A stretch of 64,000 nucleotides of DNA from Candidatus Zhuqueibacterota bacterium (GTDB lineage: Bacteria > Zhuqueibacterota > Zhuqueibacteria > Thermofontimicrobiales > Thiofontviventaceae). Below are positions 10,144 to 19,749 of this stretch, in pieces. How positions within the stretch are numbered: position 1 is the first letter of the stretch; each line of letters starts with the position of its first letter. The stretch lies in assembly GCA_036351795.1 (NCBI GenBank), contig JAZBPW010000020.1, forward strand, positions 1,418 through 65,417, written 5' to 3'. The notes under the pieces were generated by a model, which was not told the origin of the DNA, did not search any database, and saw nothing but the letters and a program-made list of their open reading frames with translations. The position numbers were made by a program, and so were the translations under genes.

Positions 10144-10968
10144 TTACAATTTCGTACCACAATGCCTGCAAAAGCCGGCATCAGCTTCATGATCCACGGC
10201 CTTGCATTGGGAACACTGCTTCTTGTTCTGTTGCCGCTCAAATGTTCGCGTCATCTCTACGGTGACGAACCCAGTCGGGACGACAATGATACTGTAACCC
10301 AGTATCATGATAATCGCGGCCACTGTTTGTCCGAAATTCGTTTTTGGAGAGAGATCTCCATACCCCACGGTTGTCAATGTGACGATTGCCCAGTAAATGC
10401 TTCTGGGGATACTCGTAAATCCCCGTTCTGGGCCCTCCACCACGTAAAGCACGCTGCCGAGTATGACAACGAGTGTGAAAACGGTCAACAAAAAGACTAC
10501 AATTTTCCGGCGGCTGGCCCGCAATGCAATGCCGAGCATCTTCGCCTCTTTAACGTACTGTTCAAACTCAAATATCTGGAATATTCGCAGCAGTCGCACA
10601 ATGCGGATCACCATGAAAAAGTGACTGCCCGGCAGGAAAAGGCTCAGATATGTTGGGATCACCGCTAGCAGATCCACGACACCGAAAAAGCTCCCGGCAT
10701 ATTTCCTTTGGCTGTTGACACATATCAACCGCAACAGGTACTCAATCGTAAAAAGTATTGTGAACAGCCACTCAAGGATGGACAAAATCCCGCCATACTT
10801 CTGTTGTATCGATCCGACACTGTCGAGCATAACCACAATAACGCTCATCAGTATGACGACCAAAAGCATGATGTCAAACAATTTACCGGCCGATGTGTCT
10901 GCCTCGAATATCACCCGATAAAGTGTTGCCCGCCATCTCGTCTTCGGTTGTTGGCTATCTGAATTCAT
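10144..10968 (-). CDS. Voltage-gated K+ channel (6TM Kv-like) with a C-terminal zinc-ribbon tail.
   Basis: Selectivity filter 'TLTTVGYGD'. S4-like Arg repeats 'VIRIVRLLRIFQIFE'. C-terminal 'CSQC...CRHCGTKL'. Confidence 0.85.
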   Translation of the reverse strand: MNSDSQQPKTRWRATLYRVIFEADTSAGKLFDIMLLVVILMSVIVVMLDSVGSIQQKYGGILSILEWLFTILFTIEYLLRLICVNSQRKYAGSFFGVVDLLAVIPTYLSLFLPGSHFFMVIRIVRLLRIFQIFEFEQYVKEAKMLGIALRASRRKIVVFLLTVFTLVVILGSVLYVVEGPERGFTSIPRSIYWAIVTLTTVGYGDLSPKTNFGQTVAAIIMILGYSIIVVPTGFVTVEMTRTFERQQNKKQCSQCKAVDHEADAGFCRHCGTKL

Positions 10969-10977
10969 TTTTTCTCG

Positions 10978-13104
10978 CTATACCGGTTTTCCAAGCAGCA
11001 GCACAGTGCTCCTCGGATTTACCTGGTAATAATATTTGGGATAGATCGCTGCCTCTTTTCCCCGATCGAGGAAATCTCTGCCGCTCGGCAGGCTCGTATC
11101 AACAACTCTGTGCCATACGTTACGATCATGCCGGGGTACTTCGATCAGATGGGCTGCGTCATCAGAATTGTATATCATGAACAGCAGATAGTCGGAATCA
11201 GTTGACGAAATCTCACTGCCGTCAAGTTGAAAACAGATGAATTTAAGTTTTGCATCGTTCCATGCGGGACTTTTCAGATCATTTGCATACCAGGTGATAT
11301 CCGGTACTCTGTCGCCATTGGTGTCCTTACCCGTGAAAAACCGCTTTCTTCTCACTATCGGATAATCTTTACGGAACCGGATCGCCTTCCTGCAGAATGT
11401 GAACATTTCTCTGTTTTTGTAGAGCAGATTCCAATCGAACCAGCTGATCTCATTGTCCTGACAGTATGCATTATTATTGCCCTGTTGCGTCCTCATGAAT
11501 TCATCGCCACCCAGCATCATCGACGTTCCAGAGGAGAAAAACAACAGGCAAAAGGCGTTTTTCATCATCTGCCTGCGCAAGTGAAGTATATTCTTTAAAG
11601 AGACATCTCCCTCTACACCGCAATTCCACGAATAGTTTTCGTTCGCGCCATCTCTATTATCTTCAAGATTTGCTTCGTTATGCTTGGTATTATAGGAATA
11701 GAGATCGTATAATGTAAATCCGTCATGGGCTGTGATGAAATTGATACTGTTGTAAGGCGATCTGTTATCGTTTCCATAGAGGTCAGACGATCCTGTGATA
11801 CGGTAAGCCACCTGATTGACCTGTCCGTCATCACCCCTGAGGAATTTTCTTGCTGTGTCGCGGAATTTATCATTCCACTCAGACCATGCTTCCGGAAAAT
11901 TTCCGACCTGATACGTAGTCAAATCCCACGGTTCGGCGATTAATTTGATATCTTTGAAAACCGGATCTGATTTGATCATTCTGAAAAACTTCGCATTCCG
12001 GTCGAACTTGTTCCGCAACCGGCCGAGAACCGTGGCCAAATCGAATCTGAATCCATCGACATGCATCTCCTCCACCCAGTAGTGCAATGAATCGATGATC
12101 ATCCTCCTTGCCACCGGATTATCCGCCTTGACGGTATTCCCACATCCGGAGGCGTTATGATAGGGCACAATGGATTGTCCGCCTTTCTTTTCCATCCTGT
12201 AATAGGTCAGATTATCGATCCCCTTGAAACAGATCGACGGCCCCCACTCATTACCCTCACCGGTATGGTTGTAAACGACATCGAGGATCACTTCGATGCC
12301 CGCTTTATGCAATTCCCTGACCAGAGTTTTGAATTCATTGACCTGGCAGCCGGGACAGGAACCGCTGCTGTATGATGACTCCGGCATGAAGAATCCGATC
12401 GTGTTGTAACCCCAGTAGTCTCTCAATCCTTTCGATCGCAGGATATCATTTGTATGTGATTCATGAACAGGCAGCAGCTCCACCGCGTTGATTCCCAACT
12501 GTTTCAGGTGTGGTATTTTTTCAACAAAGCCGGTATATGTTCCAGGATTTTTAACCCCCGAAGACGGATGCGCGGTAAAGCCCTTCACATGGGTTTCATA
12601 AATAATGAGTTCTTCAATCGGTATATGCGGTCTTTGATCATGCTGCCAATCGAAATCATCGGTCATGACAATCGATTTGGGTACAATCATCGAATTGTCT
12701 CTGTTATCTTTTCTGTGTACTTCGCCGTCGTAAGGAGTCAGTAAATTGTCAGTATTGATGAATTTACCGGTCAACGCCTTCGCGTATGGATCCATCAAGA
12801 GTTTGTTTTCATTAAAATACAACCCGTGCCCGGGATCGTATTCGCCACAAAGCCTGTAGCCGTATAACTGACCGGGTCCGATGCCGTGTACAAAGGCATG
12901 CCAGACATGATTGTCCTGATACTTCAATTCGATGATGTCTGACGGAGCATCTTCAGGTGCAGGAAAAAGGAGCAGGAAAACCTGGGTTGCTTTCCTGGAG
13001 TAAATGGCAAAATTCACGCCATCGTCTTGTACGGACGCGCCCAGCGGACAATTCGCTCCACTGGACAAGCGCTTGCTTGTTCGATGCTCGAGCTTAATTT
13101 TCAT
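10978..13104 (-). CDS. glgX: Glycogen debranching enzyme GlgX (GH13 isoamylase-type).
   Basis: 708 aa. N-terminal CBM48-like region ('GASVQDDGVNFAIYSRKAT'), GH13 catalytic motifs ('GFRFDLA', 'EPWD'), and overall GlgX architecture. Confidence 0.9.
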   Translation of the reverse strand: MKIKLEHRTSKRLSSGANCPLGASVQDDGVNFAIYSRKATQVFLLLFPAPEDAPSDIIELKYQDNHVWHAFVHGIGPGQLYGYRLCGEYDPGHGLYFNENKLLMDPYAKALTGKFINTDNLLTPYDGEVHRKDNRDNSMIVPKSIVMTDDFDWQHDQRPHIPIEELIIYETHVKGFTAHPSSGVKNPGTYTGFVEKIPHLKQLGINAVELLPVHESHTNDILRSKGLRDYWGYNTIGFFMPESSYSSGSCPGCQVNEFKTLVRELHKAGIEVILDVVYNHTGEGNEWGPSICFKGIDNLTYYRMEKKGGQSIVPYHNASGCGNTVKADNPVARRMIIDSLHYWVEEMHVDGFRFDLATVLGRLRNKFDRNAKFFRMIKSDPVFKDIKLIAEPWDLTTYQVGNFPEAWSEWNDKFRDTARKFLRGDDGQVNQVAYRITGSSDLYGNDNRSPYNSINFITAHDGFTLYDLYSYNTKHNEANLEDNRDGANENYSWNCGVEGDVSLKNILHLRRQMMKNAFCLLFFSSGTSMMLGGDEFMRTQQGNNNAYCQDNEISWFDWNLLYKNREMFTFCRKAIRFRKDYPIVRRKRFFTGKDTNGDRVPDITWYANDLKSPAWNDAKLKFICFQLDGSEISSTDSDYLLFMIYNSDDAAHLIEVPRHDRNVWHRVVDTSLPSGRDFLDRGKEAAIYPKYYYQVNPRSTVLLLGKPV

Positions 13105-13139
13105 TTGTCACTTGAAAAATCATTAAAAACCTGCAATAT

Positions 13140-13192
13140 CCCCTCATCGCCCATCTTTCACAACGGACCGATGAGGGGAAATTTATGCTTGT
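13140..13192 (-). terminator. Probable intrinsic terminator ending the long minus-strand gene chain after dfx.
   Basis: A 10-bp stem (cccctcatcg / cgatgagggg) directly after the dfx stop, followed on the minus strand by 'atattgcaggtttttaatgattttt'. Confidence 0.4.
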
Positions 13193-13194
13193 AT

Positions 13195-13569
13195 CTATGC
13201 CTTCCACAACCCATGAAGGTTGCAATATTCTCTGGCAGATAGTTTTTCAGCGGTCACTTCGAATGTCGCTTCCGGCGCGTCACCCGGATTCAGGAATTTT
13301 CTGTAAACCGTCCCATCCGCAATGAGTTCAATGAATTCGATATAGTGTTTTTCCTCCATTGGATGAGCCACACTACCCACCTTTACAGTCACGGTAGATC
13401 CCGACTGCTCAATAACCGGCACATGTTTTTCCGTAGCCGCGTCCGTGGTATTTTCATTCAGGAGTGTCATATCCTGACCACAACAGACGAGTGTACCACC
13501 ACCCGCGTGAACCACTTCCACCATGTTCCCGCAGACTTCACATTTATAGATTTGATTAAGTTGTGTCAT
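13195..13569 (-). CDS. dfx: Desulfoferrodoxin (2Fe superoxide reductase).
   Basis: N-terminal desulforedoxin Cys cluster '[22 protein letters not shown]', plus a C-terminal SOR domain with 'HVPV' and 'CNLHGLW'. Confidence 0.9.
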   Translation of the reverse strand: MTQLNQIYKCEVCGNMVEVVHAGGGTLVCCGQDMTLLNENTTDAATEKHVPVIEQSGSTVTVKVGSVAHPMEEKHYIEFIELIADGTVYRKFLNPGDAPEATFEVTAEKLSAREYCNLHGLWKA

Positions 13570-13584
13570 TTCAACCTCCTGGAC

Positions 13585-14124
13585 TTAAAATTTCTTGAAT
13601 TTGGTGCTGGGCACGTTGCAGACCGGACAATTTTCCGGGGGATCGCCAATGTGAGTAAATCCGCACACAGGGCAAATATAGACCTCATTTATCTCAATGT
13701 CCTTTCCCTTCACGGCTTCCTTTTTCGCGTTCGCGTACATCTCCGCATGGATCTTTTCCGCCTCAACCGCGTAAAGGATGGACTTTTCTGCGCCCTCCTC
13801 GCCCTGGAGCGTAGCAATCGCGTCATACGCCGGGTACATCTCCTCAACTTCGAATGTTTCACCATCAATACCGGTCTGAAGATTGTCTACCGTTTTCTTG
13901 ATGTAGCCCAGATTCCTCGCATGGTTGGTTGCGTGAACCTGTTCGGCGTAGGCAATCGCCTTCCACAGCCGTGCCAGATTCGGGAAACCCTCTCTCTCGG
14001 CAACATCACTGAAAATAAGATATTTCATATGAGCCTGTGATTCACCGGCAAATGCATCCTGCAAAGCATTCTCTGTCATTTTTCTCATTGTAACTCTCCT
14101 GTGTTTATAATTTTTTAAATACAA
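13585..14124 (-). CDS. rbr: Rubrerythrin.
   Basis: Di-iron ferritin-like domain (ExxH motifs) plus a C-terminal rubredoxin-like 'CPVCGF...CPVC'. Confidence 0.9.
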   Translation of the reverse strand: MYLKNYKHRRVTMRKMTENALQDAFAGESQAHMKYLIFSDVAEREGFPNLARLWKAIAYAEQVHATNHARNLGYIKKTVDNLQTGIDGETFEVEEMYPAYDAIATLQGEEGAEKSILYAVEAEKIHAEMYANAKKEAVKGKDIEINEVYICPVCGFTHIGDPPENCPVCNVPSTKFKKF

Positions 14125-14170
14125 TTGTCCCTGTAAACGTCAATAGCACCACATAGAAAAATATTTATCA

Positions 14171-14683
14171 CTATTCCTCTGACGCTGGAGGAGTGAAACT
14201 GCGCTGAGCCAGCTCTCTGTCGATCATGAGGATGCCATGACCCTTCTCACCAACCATTCGAATCTTCTTGAGGATGGCTAGCATACCTGCCTCCTCTTCA
14301 ACCTGTTCATCGATGTACCAGTGGAGAAAACTCTGTGTGGCGTAGTCATTCTCTTCCTTCGCCAAAGCCATCAGATCATTGATGAGCTTGGTAACTTTCT
14401 GCTCGTGTTTCCAGGCATCATCAAAGACCTCCTCGAGTGACTTGTAGTCGATCTTCGGCTGATCGAGTCCATAAATTTTCACATCATGATTCTGCTCGAC
14501 CAAATAATGATAGAATTTCATCGCATGAAATCTTTCCTCTTGTTCCTGAATGACAAAAAAGTTCGCCATTCCGTCCATGTCGACCGATGAACAATACGCT
14601 GCCATTGCCAGGTACAGATGTCCTGAATACAACTCATTTTTAATTTGCTCGTTAATCATAGCTGCCATTTTGTCAGATATCAT
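14171..14683 (-). CDS. ftn: Ferritin (non-haem, bacterial Ftn).
   Basis: 'INEQIKNELYSGHLYLAMAAYC...EQEERFHAMKFYHY' (ferroxidase centre). Confidence 0.85.
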   Translation of the reverse strand: MISDKMAAMINEQIKNELYSGHLYLAMAAYCSSVDMDGMANFFVIQEQEERFHAMKFYHYLVEQNHDVKIYGLDQPKIDYKSLEEVFDDAWKHEQKVTKLINDLMALAKEENDYATQSFLHWYIDEQVEEEAGMLAILKKIRMVGEKGHGILMIDRELAQRSFTPPASEE

Positions 14684-14710
14684 ATCTACCTCTCTGTAAT
14701 TGTTAATAAT

Positions 14711-15166
14711 TTAATTTATTTTTAAAAATTTCACCAGATCGTCGGGTTCCAGACGAAACCGGTTGCCATGCCCCATAAAAAAACAGTGTGAGCCAATCAG
14801 ATGCACACCCAGTTGCGTGAACGTGATCTCTTGATTCAGTGCTTTGTTGCGGACAACTGCCGTGATCTTGTGATGTAGATTCGGCTCGCCGAAAGGGCAA
14901 GGCAGCATACCGCGAAACCAGTTGACGCGTACCGTGAAGTCACCCAGATCGACATTGCTCTCCAAGCCCTTTTTCCCCTCTTCGATGAAATACTGCATGC
15001 GATCCGCGATGGTCTCCGGCTCAATTCCCAGCTGTGAAAGCGTACGCTTGTCCTCTTCGATAATCTCATGTACATGCCGTGTATCACTGCCGAGGAAGCC
15101 CTCTTTCGTCAGTTTTCCCGGCCTAAAATCTTGATATATTTTTTTTTCTTGCGGCGTCTCTTTCAT
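14711..15166 (-). CDS. Conserved-looking hypothetical protein (Cys/His-containing, 151 aa), placed between nqrF and ferritin.
   Basis: Intact ORF, tightly spaced (27 nt to ftn, 71 nt from nqrF). I recognise no family. Contains 'CPFGEPNLHH' and 'GSHCFFMGHGNRF'. Confidence 0.4.
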   Translation of the reverse strand: MKETPQEKKIYQDFRPGKLTKEGFLGSDTRHVHEIIEEDKRTLSQLGIEPETIADRMQYFIEEGKKGLESNVDLGDFTVRVNWFRGMLPCPFGEPNLHHKITAVVRNKALNQEITFTQLGVHLIGSHCFFMGHGNRFRLEPDDLVKFLKIN

Positions 15167-15237
15167 CTGACATATCCCATGTTTTTGTCACTCTGCGCAC
15201 ACCCGGACTAACGGGTATAACCCGTAGCGGTAAAAAC

Positions 15238-16350
15238 TTAGCCGAACGGATCATAAAAAATCTGATCCATTTTCATTTGATATTTCTTCATGACATTGAT
15301 ACTCGCGTTGATCATCCCCGGGCTACCGCATAAATACCCCTGGCATTTGATCGCATCAATTTTCTGCAGGTACTCTTCCAATGGTTTTGTGATAAGCCCG
15401 GTCTCTCCGTCCCATTCATCTTCAGGTTCGGGTTCTGACAGCGCAGGAACAAAAGTAAAGCCCGGAATCTTCTTTTCGAATTCCGCCATTTCATCCAGGT
15501 AAAAAAGATCCTTTCTAGTCAACGCACCGAAAAAGTATGTGATCTTCCTGTCGATCTTCCGGTGTGCAATATCTTCCAGCAGCGAGACCATTGGCGCCAT
15601 TCCCGAACCACCTGCCACCAGAATCATTTCACTGTCAGATTCTCTGATATAGAAATCTCCCATGGGACCGATAATACGTACGTCATCCCCTTCCTGAAGA
15701 TACTCATGCACCCAGGTTGTGCAGATGCCATCCGGCACCAGACGGATCATCAGATCGACATGAGACTTTTCGAAATTCGGCGAGGACATGGAATACGCCC
15801 TGGAGACACTCTCCTTCACATCAGCGTATGGGTTTGTCTGCAGCTGCACGTATTGTCCTGCCTTGAAATTTATCTCATTCGGCTCGATCAGCGAAAATCG
15901 TACCAACTTAATATCATGCGTAAGATCCCGGATCATTGCCACATTCGTCCGGAACTCATTGATATTAAACAACTCTTCCGGTATTTCTATCTTGATATCC
16001 TGCTTGATTTTGATCTGACAGGATAACCGTATATTCTCCTTCATCTCCTCTGCGGTCAGCAGTGGTTCTTCGGTGGGCAGTATCGGCCCCACACCCTCCA
16101 GAACCTTGCACTTGCAATACCCGCAGGTCCCCCGTCCACCACAGGCCGAAGGAAGAAATATTTTTTGAGAATTGAGCGTCGACAACAAGGTTGCCCCCCC
16201 CTGTGTCCTGAACTCCTCATCATCGTTAATGGTGACATTGCACTCGCCATAGTTCGCGAGATATCTCTCGGCAATCACCAGCAGAATGCTGAGGATTGCA
16301 CTGATAGATGCCATGGAGACGGTCGCAATGATTATCTTATATAACATCAC
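15238..16350 (-). CDS. nqrF: Na+-translocating NADH:quinone oxidoreductase subunit F (TM anchor, 2Fe-2S ferredoxin, FAD and NADH domains).
   Basis: 'SACGGRGTCGYCKCKV' (2Fe-2S), 'RAYSMSS' (FAD), 'GGSGMAPM' (NAD). Full-length alignment to Vibrio NqrF. Confidence 0.9.
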   Translation of the reverse strand: MMLYKIIIATVSMASISAILSILLVIAERYLANYGECNVTINDDEEFRTQGGATLLSTLNSQKIFLPSACGGRGTCGYCKCKVLEGVGPILPTEEPLLTAEEMKENIRLSCQIKIKQDIKIEIPEELFNINEFRTNVAMIRDLTHDIKLVRFSLIEPNEINFKAGQYVQLQTNPYADVKESVSRAYSMSSPNFEKSHVDLMIRLVPDGICTTWVHEYLQEGDDVRIIGPMGDFYIRESDSEMILVAGGSGMAPMVSLLEDIAHRKIDRKITYFFGALTRKDLFYLDEMAEFEKKIPGFTFVPALSEPEPEDEWDGETGLITKPLEEYLQKIDAIKCQGYLCGSPGMINASINVMKKYQMKMDQIFYDPFG

Positions 16351-16358
16351 CCCTCGAA

Positions 16359-16949
16359 TTATTGAATTTGTACAATTCCTGAAAAACCGATGAACGCCAT
16401 CGCCATGATGCCAGTAATAATGAGAACAATGCCGGGTCCTCTCAGGGCCGGCGGAATTTTCTTCTCATTCATGCGCTGGCGGATACCTGCCATCGCCAGG
16501 ATGGCCAACAGCCACCCCAGTCCGCTCCCGGCTCCGAACATGACACTTTGAATGAAATTATACTGCCTGATCACCATGAACAACGACACGCCCAGTATCG
16601 CACAATTGACAGTGATCAAAGGAAGAAAAATGCCCAGATTGATGTACAATACCTCTGAAAATCGTTCGATGACCATCTCCAACAGCTGAACCGCGGAGGC
16701 AATAATAATAATGAATGCAATGAAACGCAAGTACTCCAATCCCAACGGTTCCAGCACATAGAAGAAGACGATGTAGTTCAGCGCCGATGTAACCGTCAAT
16801 ACAAATGTGACTGCCAGCCCCAGACCGAGCGATGTCTTCACCTGTTTGGAAACGGACAGGAATGAACACATCCCCAGAAAATAGACAAGCAGAATATTGC
16901 CTGTGAAGATTGACGCAAAAAATATGACCCAGGGGGAAAGATTTTCCAT
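16359..16949 (-). CDS. nqrE: Na+-NQR subunit E.
   Basis: 196-aa, 6TM NqrE/RnfA-family protein, 'FLGMCSFLSVSK'. Confidence 0.9.
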   Translation of the reverse strand: MENLSPWVIFFASIFTGNILLVYFLGMCSFLSVSKQVKTSLGLGLAVTFVLTVTSALNYIVFFYVLEPLGLEYLRFIAFIIIIASAVQLLEMVIERFSEVLYINLGIFLPLITVNCAILGVSLFMVIRQYNFIQSVMFGAGSGLGWLLAILAMAGIRQRMNEKKIPPALRGPGIVLIITGIMAMAFIGFSGIVQIQ

Positions 16950-16964
16950 CCTGTAAATCTCCTT

Positions 16965-17606
16965 CTATTCAGAATGCGATACTTTCATGGCCGACAGATT
17001 ATTCGCGACCCAGATGAATATCGCCAACATAAAAAAGCCGCCGGGTGCCATGATCATCAATGCCCATTGCACCCATCCCTCTGAGGATCCCATTGCCCGG
17101 AGCAATGGATCCATCACCTGATAGCCGACGATCGTTCCGAATCCCAGCAATTCGCGAAAAAAAGCGATCACCAGAATGACGTACATATACCCGACTCCGG
17201 ACATCACCCCATCCAGAAAAGCCAGCCCCGGCTTGTTCGATGAGGCAAATGCCTCCAGCCGACCCATGATGATGCAGTTGGTGATGATCAGTCCGACGTA
17301 CGGTCCGAGCGCCTTGCTGATATCAGGGACATACGCCTTCAGGACGACATCCACGATCACCACAAAACTCGCAATCACCAGTGTCTGAACCATCATGCGC
17401 ACACGCTGGGGAATGATATCCCTGATGAGCGATATCGTCAGGGAGGAAAAGGCAGTGACAAACGTCAGCCCCAGACCCAGGAATAGCGTATTCATGAATA
17501 TGTTCGTCACTGCGAGTGTCGAACATATTCCGAGAATCTGTACCGTCACAGGATTATTCTTCCACAGATCGTCTTTGATGAGTTCAATTGTTTTGTTATT
17601 CGCCAT
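16965..17606 (-). CDS. nqrD: Na+-NQR subunit D.
   Basis: 213-aa NqrD/RnfE-family protein, 'NPVTVQILGICSTLAVT'. Confidence 0.9.
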   Translation of the reverse strand: MANNKTIELIKDDLWKNNPVTVQILGICSTLAVTNIFMNTLFLGLGLTFVTAFSSLTISLIRDIIPQRVRMMVQTLVIASFVVIVDVVLKAYVPDISKALGPYVGLIITNCIIMGRLEAFASSNKPGLAFLDGVMSGVGYMYVILVIAFFRELLGFGTIVGYQVMDPLLRAMGSSEGWVQWALMIMAPGGFFMLAIFIWVANNLSAMKVSHSE

Positions 17607-17608
17607 AT

Positions 17609-18361
17609 TTATGATTTCACTTTATTGATTGCATTTTCATTCGACTGTATCAGTGCAATATAAAAACGAAGGTCGGTATTCACCATTTTCAGAACGCCAT
17701 CCACTGTTTGCGTCGCTCCCGTGATCGCCTGAAGCTCATTCGTAGACTCTTCCACGTTGCTGCGATTTTTCTGTTTGATCATGATCACCGGTGCCAGCTC
17801 TCTTCCGGATTTAAAAAATCCACTCAGATCGAGATTCCTGAAGAAATATTTGAACTCGGATTCCGTGATCCGGGCTCCCAGTCCGGGTGTCTCCACCTGT
17901 TCCGTGAAATCGATGCCGATCATCCGCTGCAGGTCGGCCGAAATGACACCAAATGCACTGATCGTACCCCACAGTCCTTTTCCACGCATCGGGAAACCGT
18001 ATGATACGATTCCTCCGGTCGAATCTGTTCGCGTGTAAATCGTGATGGAATCACTGACAGACAGAAAACTGCCGGAAAGCAGATCTTTCTGCGCAGCCGT
18101 GACAGGCAAGCGCAGCTCTCTGATTTCAGATTCGATCCGATCGGTAATGAATGATTCAGCATAAGGGATGTTTTCGGTAGTGCTGGCCGGTCCGAGATCG
18201 TGTTCTTCGATATTTGCCGGTAGTATATCAAAGGCATAGAGAATGGATTTGTAGTTGTTCAGCTTCAGGTTTTCGGCGATACGCTCTCTCGACACTTCAT
18301 TGACTGTTGCCAGTGTCGAAATGAACAGGACCGTGACTATCACCATGAATAGGATTGTCAT
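17609..18361 (-). CDS. nqrC: Na+-NQR subunit C (FMN-binding). I moved the start to the internal Met (MTILFMV...), because the 135-codon upstream extension in the ORF track would overlap nqrB.
   Basis: N-terminal TM helix, then an FMN-binding domain with 'ITGATQT' (covalent FMN Thr). The ORF track's extension reads as low-complexity Arg-rich junk. Confidence 0.8.
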   Translation of the reverse strand: MTILFMVIVTVLFISTLATVNEVSRERIAENLKLNNYKSILYAFDILPANIEEHDLGPASTTENIPYAESFITDRIESEIRELRLPVTAAQKDLLSGSFLSVSDSITIYTRTDSTGGIVSYGFPMRGKGLWGTISAFGVISADLQRMIGIDFTEQVETPGLGARITESEFKYFFRNLDLSGFFKSGRELAPVIMIKQKNRSNVEESTNELQAITGATQTVDGVLKMVNTDLRFYIALIQSNENAINKVKS

Positions 18362-18372
18362 CAGACTTTTTT

Positions 18373-19383
18373 TCAAGAGGGCGCCCTCCCTGTCTTGTAT
18401 GCCTTGACAGCGTAGTCGATGATCGGTCCGAACATATTGCCCAGAAGCACGGCAAACGTCAATCCGCCCGAAAAGAGTGCGAAGGATTTGATAATGATCG
18501 TCAATACGGCGATCAATCCGCCGTAAATGTAGCGCGTCAGATCCATCTTTGGTGCGGATACCGGATCGGTGATGATGTAGAAACCACCGTATATCGTCGA
18601 TCCCATCAGCACACCGTAAAATGGATTGGGGACCTTTGCCGGTATGATGAGATGCAGAATGCCGTCGAAAATAAAGTAGGCGACAAAAAAGCTGACGACG
18701 ATCTTCCAGTTGGCCGCTTTCTTGTAGACCAGATAGAGTCCCCCGATCACCAGCAAGAGCGCGCATATCTCTCCCTGAGATCCGGCCCCGATCAAGGTCA
18801 ATTCACCCAGTCTTTCGAACTGCCCGTTGATATTGCCAAGTATCAACTGCAGATAATCCGGCAAGGTGGATGCACCTTCTTTATAAGCGATCTGGGGTGT
18901 GGCCTCGGTAATGGCAGAGAGATAGTCGCTGGTGGAATAAAACTGCCATCTGGCGAATCCAGCCGGGAAATCACTGAAGTTTGCCGCCGGGATCCAGCTG
19001 TTGGTCATGTGGATCGGAAAGGTTATATAGACGAATGCCCTGCCGGTCATCGCCGGATTGAACACATTGAATCCGAATCCACCGAATGCCATCTTGCCGA
19101 ACACAATCCCGAACACGGCACCGATAACGACCATGTACATCGGTAATGTCGGTGGAAGTGAAAGACCGTATAAAAACGCTGTCACCAGGACCGCCTCGGA
19201 AACTTTGCCATTCTGTTTACGCACAAACATCCACTCGGCAATGACGCAACTGACGACAGAGAGCGCCAGCATGGCAAAGCTTCGCCAGCCGAAGAAAAAG
19301 ACTGCCGCAAACACGACCGGAATCAGCGTGTATACGACGGTTCGCATGACTTTCTGTTTTTGAAATTGGATTTTCATCATCAT
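18373..19383 (-). CDS. nqrB: Na+-NQR subunit B (NqrB/RnfD family).
   Basis: 'GGFGFNVFNPAMTGRAF', 'IITDPVSAP'. 336-aa polytopic membrane protein. Confidence 0.85.
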   Translation of the reverse strand: MMMKIQFQKQKVMRTVVYTLIPVVFAAVFFFGWRSFAMLALSVVSCVIAEWMFVRKQNGKVSEAVLVTAFLYGLSLPPTLPMYMVVIGAVFGIVFGKMAFGGFGFNVFNPAMTGRAFVYITFPIHMTNSWIPAANFSDFPAGFARWQFYSTSDYLSAITEATPQIAYKEGASTLPDYLQLILGNINGQFERLGELTLIGAGSQGEICALLLVIGGLYLVYKKAANWKIVVSFFVAYFIFDGILHLIIPAKVPNPFYGVLMGSTIYGGFYIITDPVSAPKMDLTRYIYGGLIAVLTIIIKSFALFSGGLTFAVLLGNMFGPIIDYAVKAYKTGRAPS

Positions 19384-19386
19384 TAT

Positions 19387-19746
19387 CTAGAAAGTTAAGA
19401 TTTCATACCCCTGTTCAATATATCTTCTCGTACTGGGATGGCCGGACATATCATCGCATATCTTCAATCCCTGCTCTTGCGCCGCGGAAAGGGATCCCAT
19501 CTTGGACGCGCATGCCTTGCATACGCAATCGAAAAGCCCGAGATCCTTTACTTTGTGATAGAGATTTGAAAACGGCTTGCTGGTATCCTTCAATTCCGCG
19601 ATCTGTTTGGTCGCAGACCCTTCCATGATGACTTTAACGTCATATCCGTTTTCGTGCAGATCGATGGCATTCAACAGGACATGCACGAAACACATAACTT
19701 CACCATTAAACGCGAATAAAGCGATCTTTTTCGTTTTGTAATCCAC
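19387..19746 (-). CDS. Small DsrE/DsrF-like (sulfur-relay fold) protein, immediately upstream of nqrB with a 3-nt gap.
   Basis: 'KIALFAFNGE...HVLLNAIDL...YDVKVIMEGSA' resembles the DsrE/DsrF family. Conserved Cys pair 'CVCKAC'. Confidence 0.55.
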   Translation of the reverse strand: MDYKTKKIALFAFNGEVMCFVHVLLNAIDLHENGYDVKVIMEGSATKQIAELKDTSKPFSNLYHKVKDLGLFDCVCKACASKMGSLSAAQEQGLKICDDMSGHPSTRRYIEQGYEILTF

Positions 19747-19749
19747 AGA

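Noticed and set aside
17609-18766. The ORF track's 385-aa version of nqrC, with a 135-codon N-terminal extension.
   Set aside because: The extension is Arg-rich and of low complexity, it overlaps the nqrB coding region, and the NqrC homology begins at the internal Met (18361).
18355-19146. A 263-aa plus-strand ORF antisense to nqrB. Similar long antisense ORFs are 23995-25047 (+), 13345-14040 (+), 35465-36100 (-), 40509-40988 (+), 40537-40914 (-), 42170-42691 (-), 10111-10668 (+), 6518-7000 (+) and 54155-54655 (-).
   Set aside because: Each is fully embedded opposite a well-supported conserved gene. None has a recognisable motif, and their composition is typical of antisense frames of GC-moderate genes.
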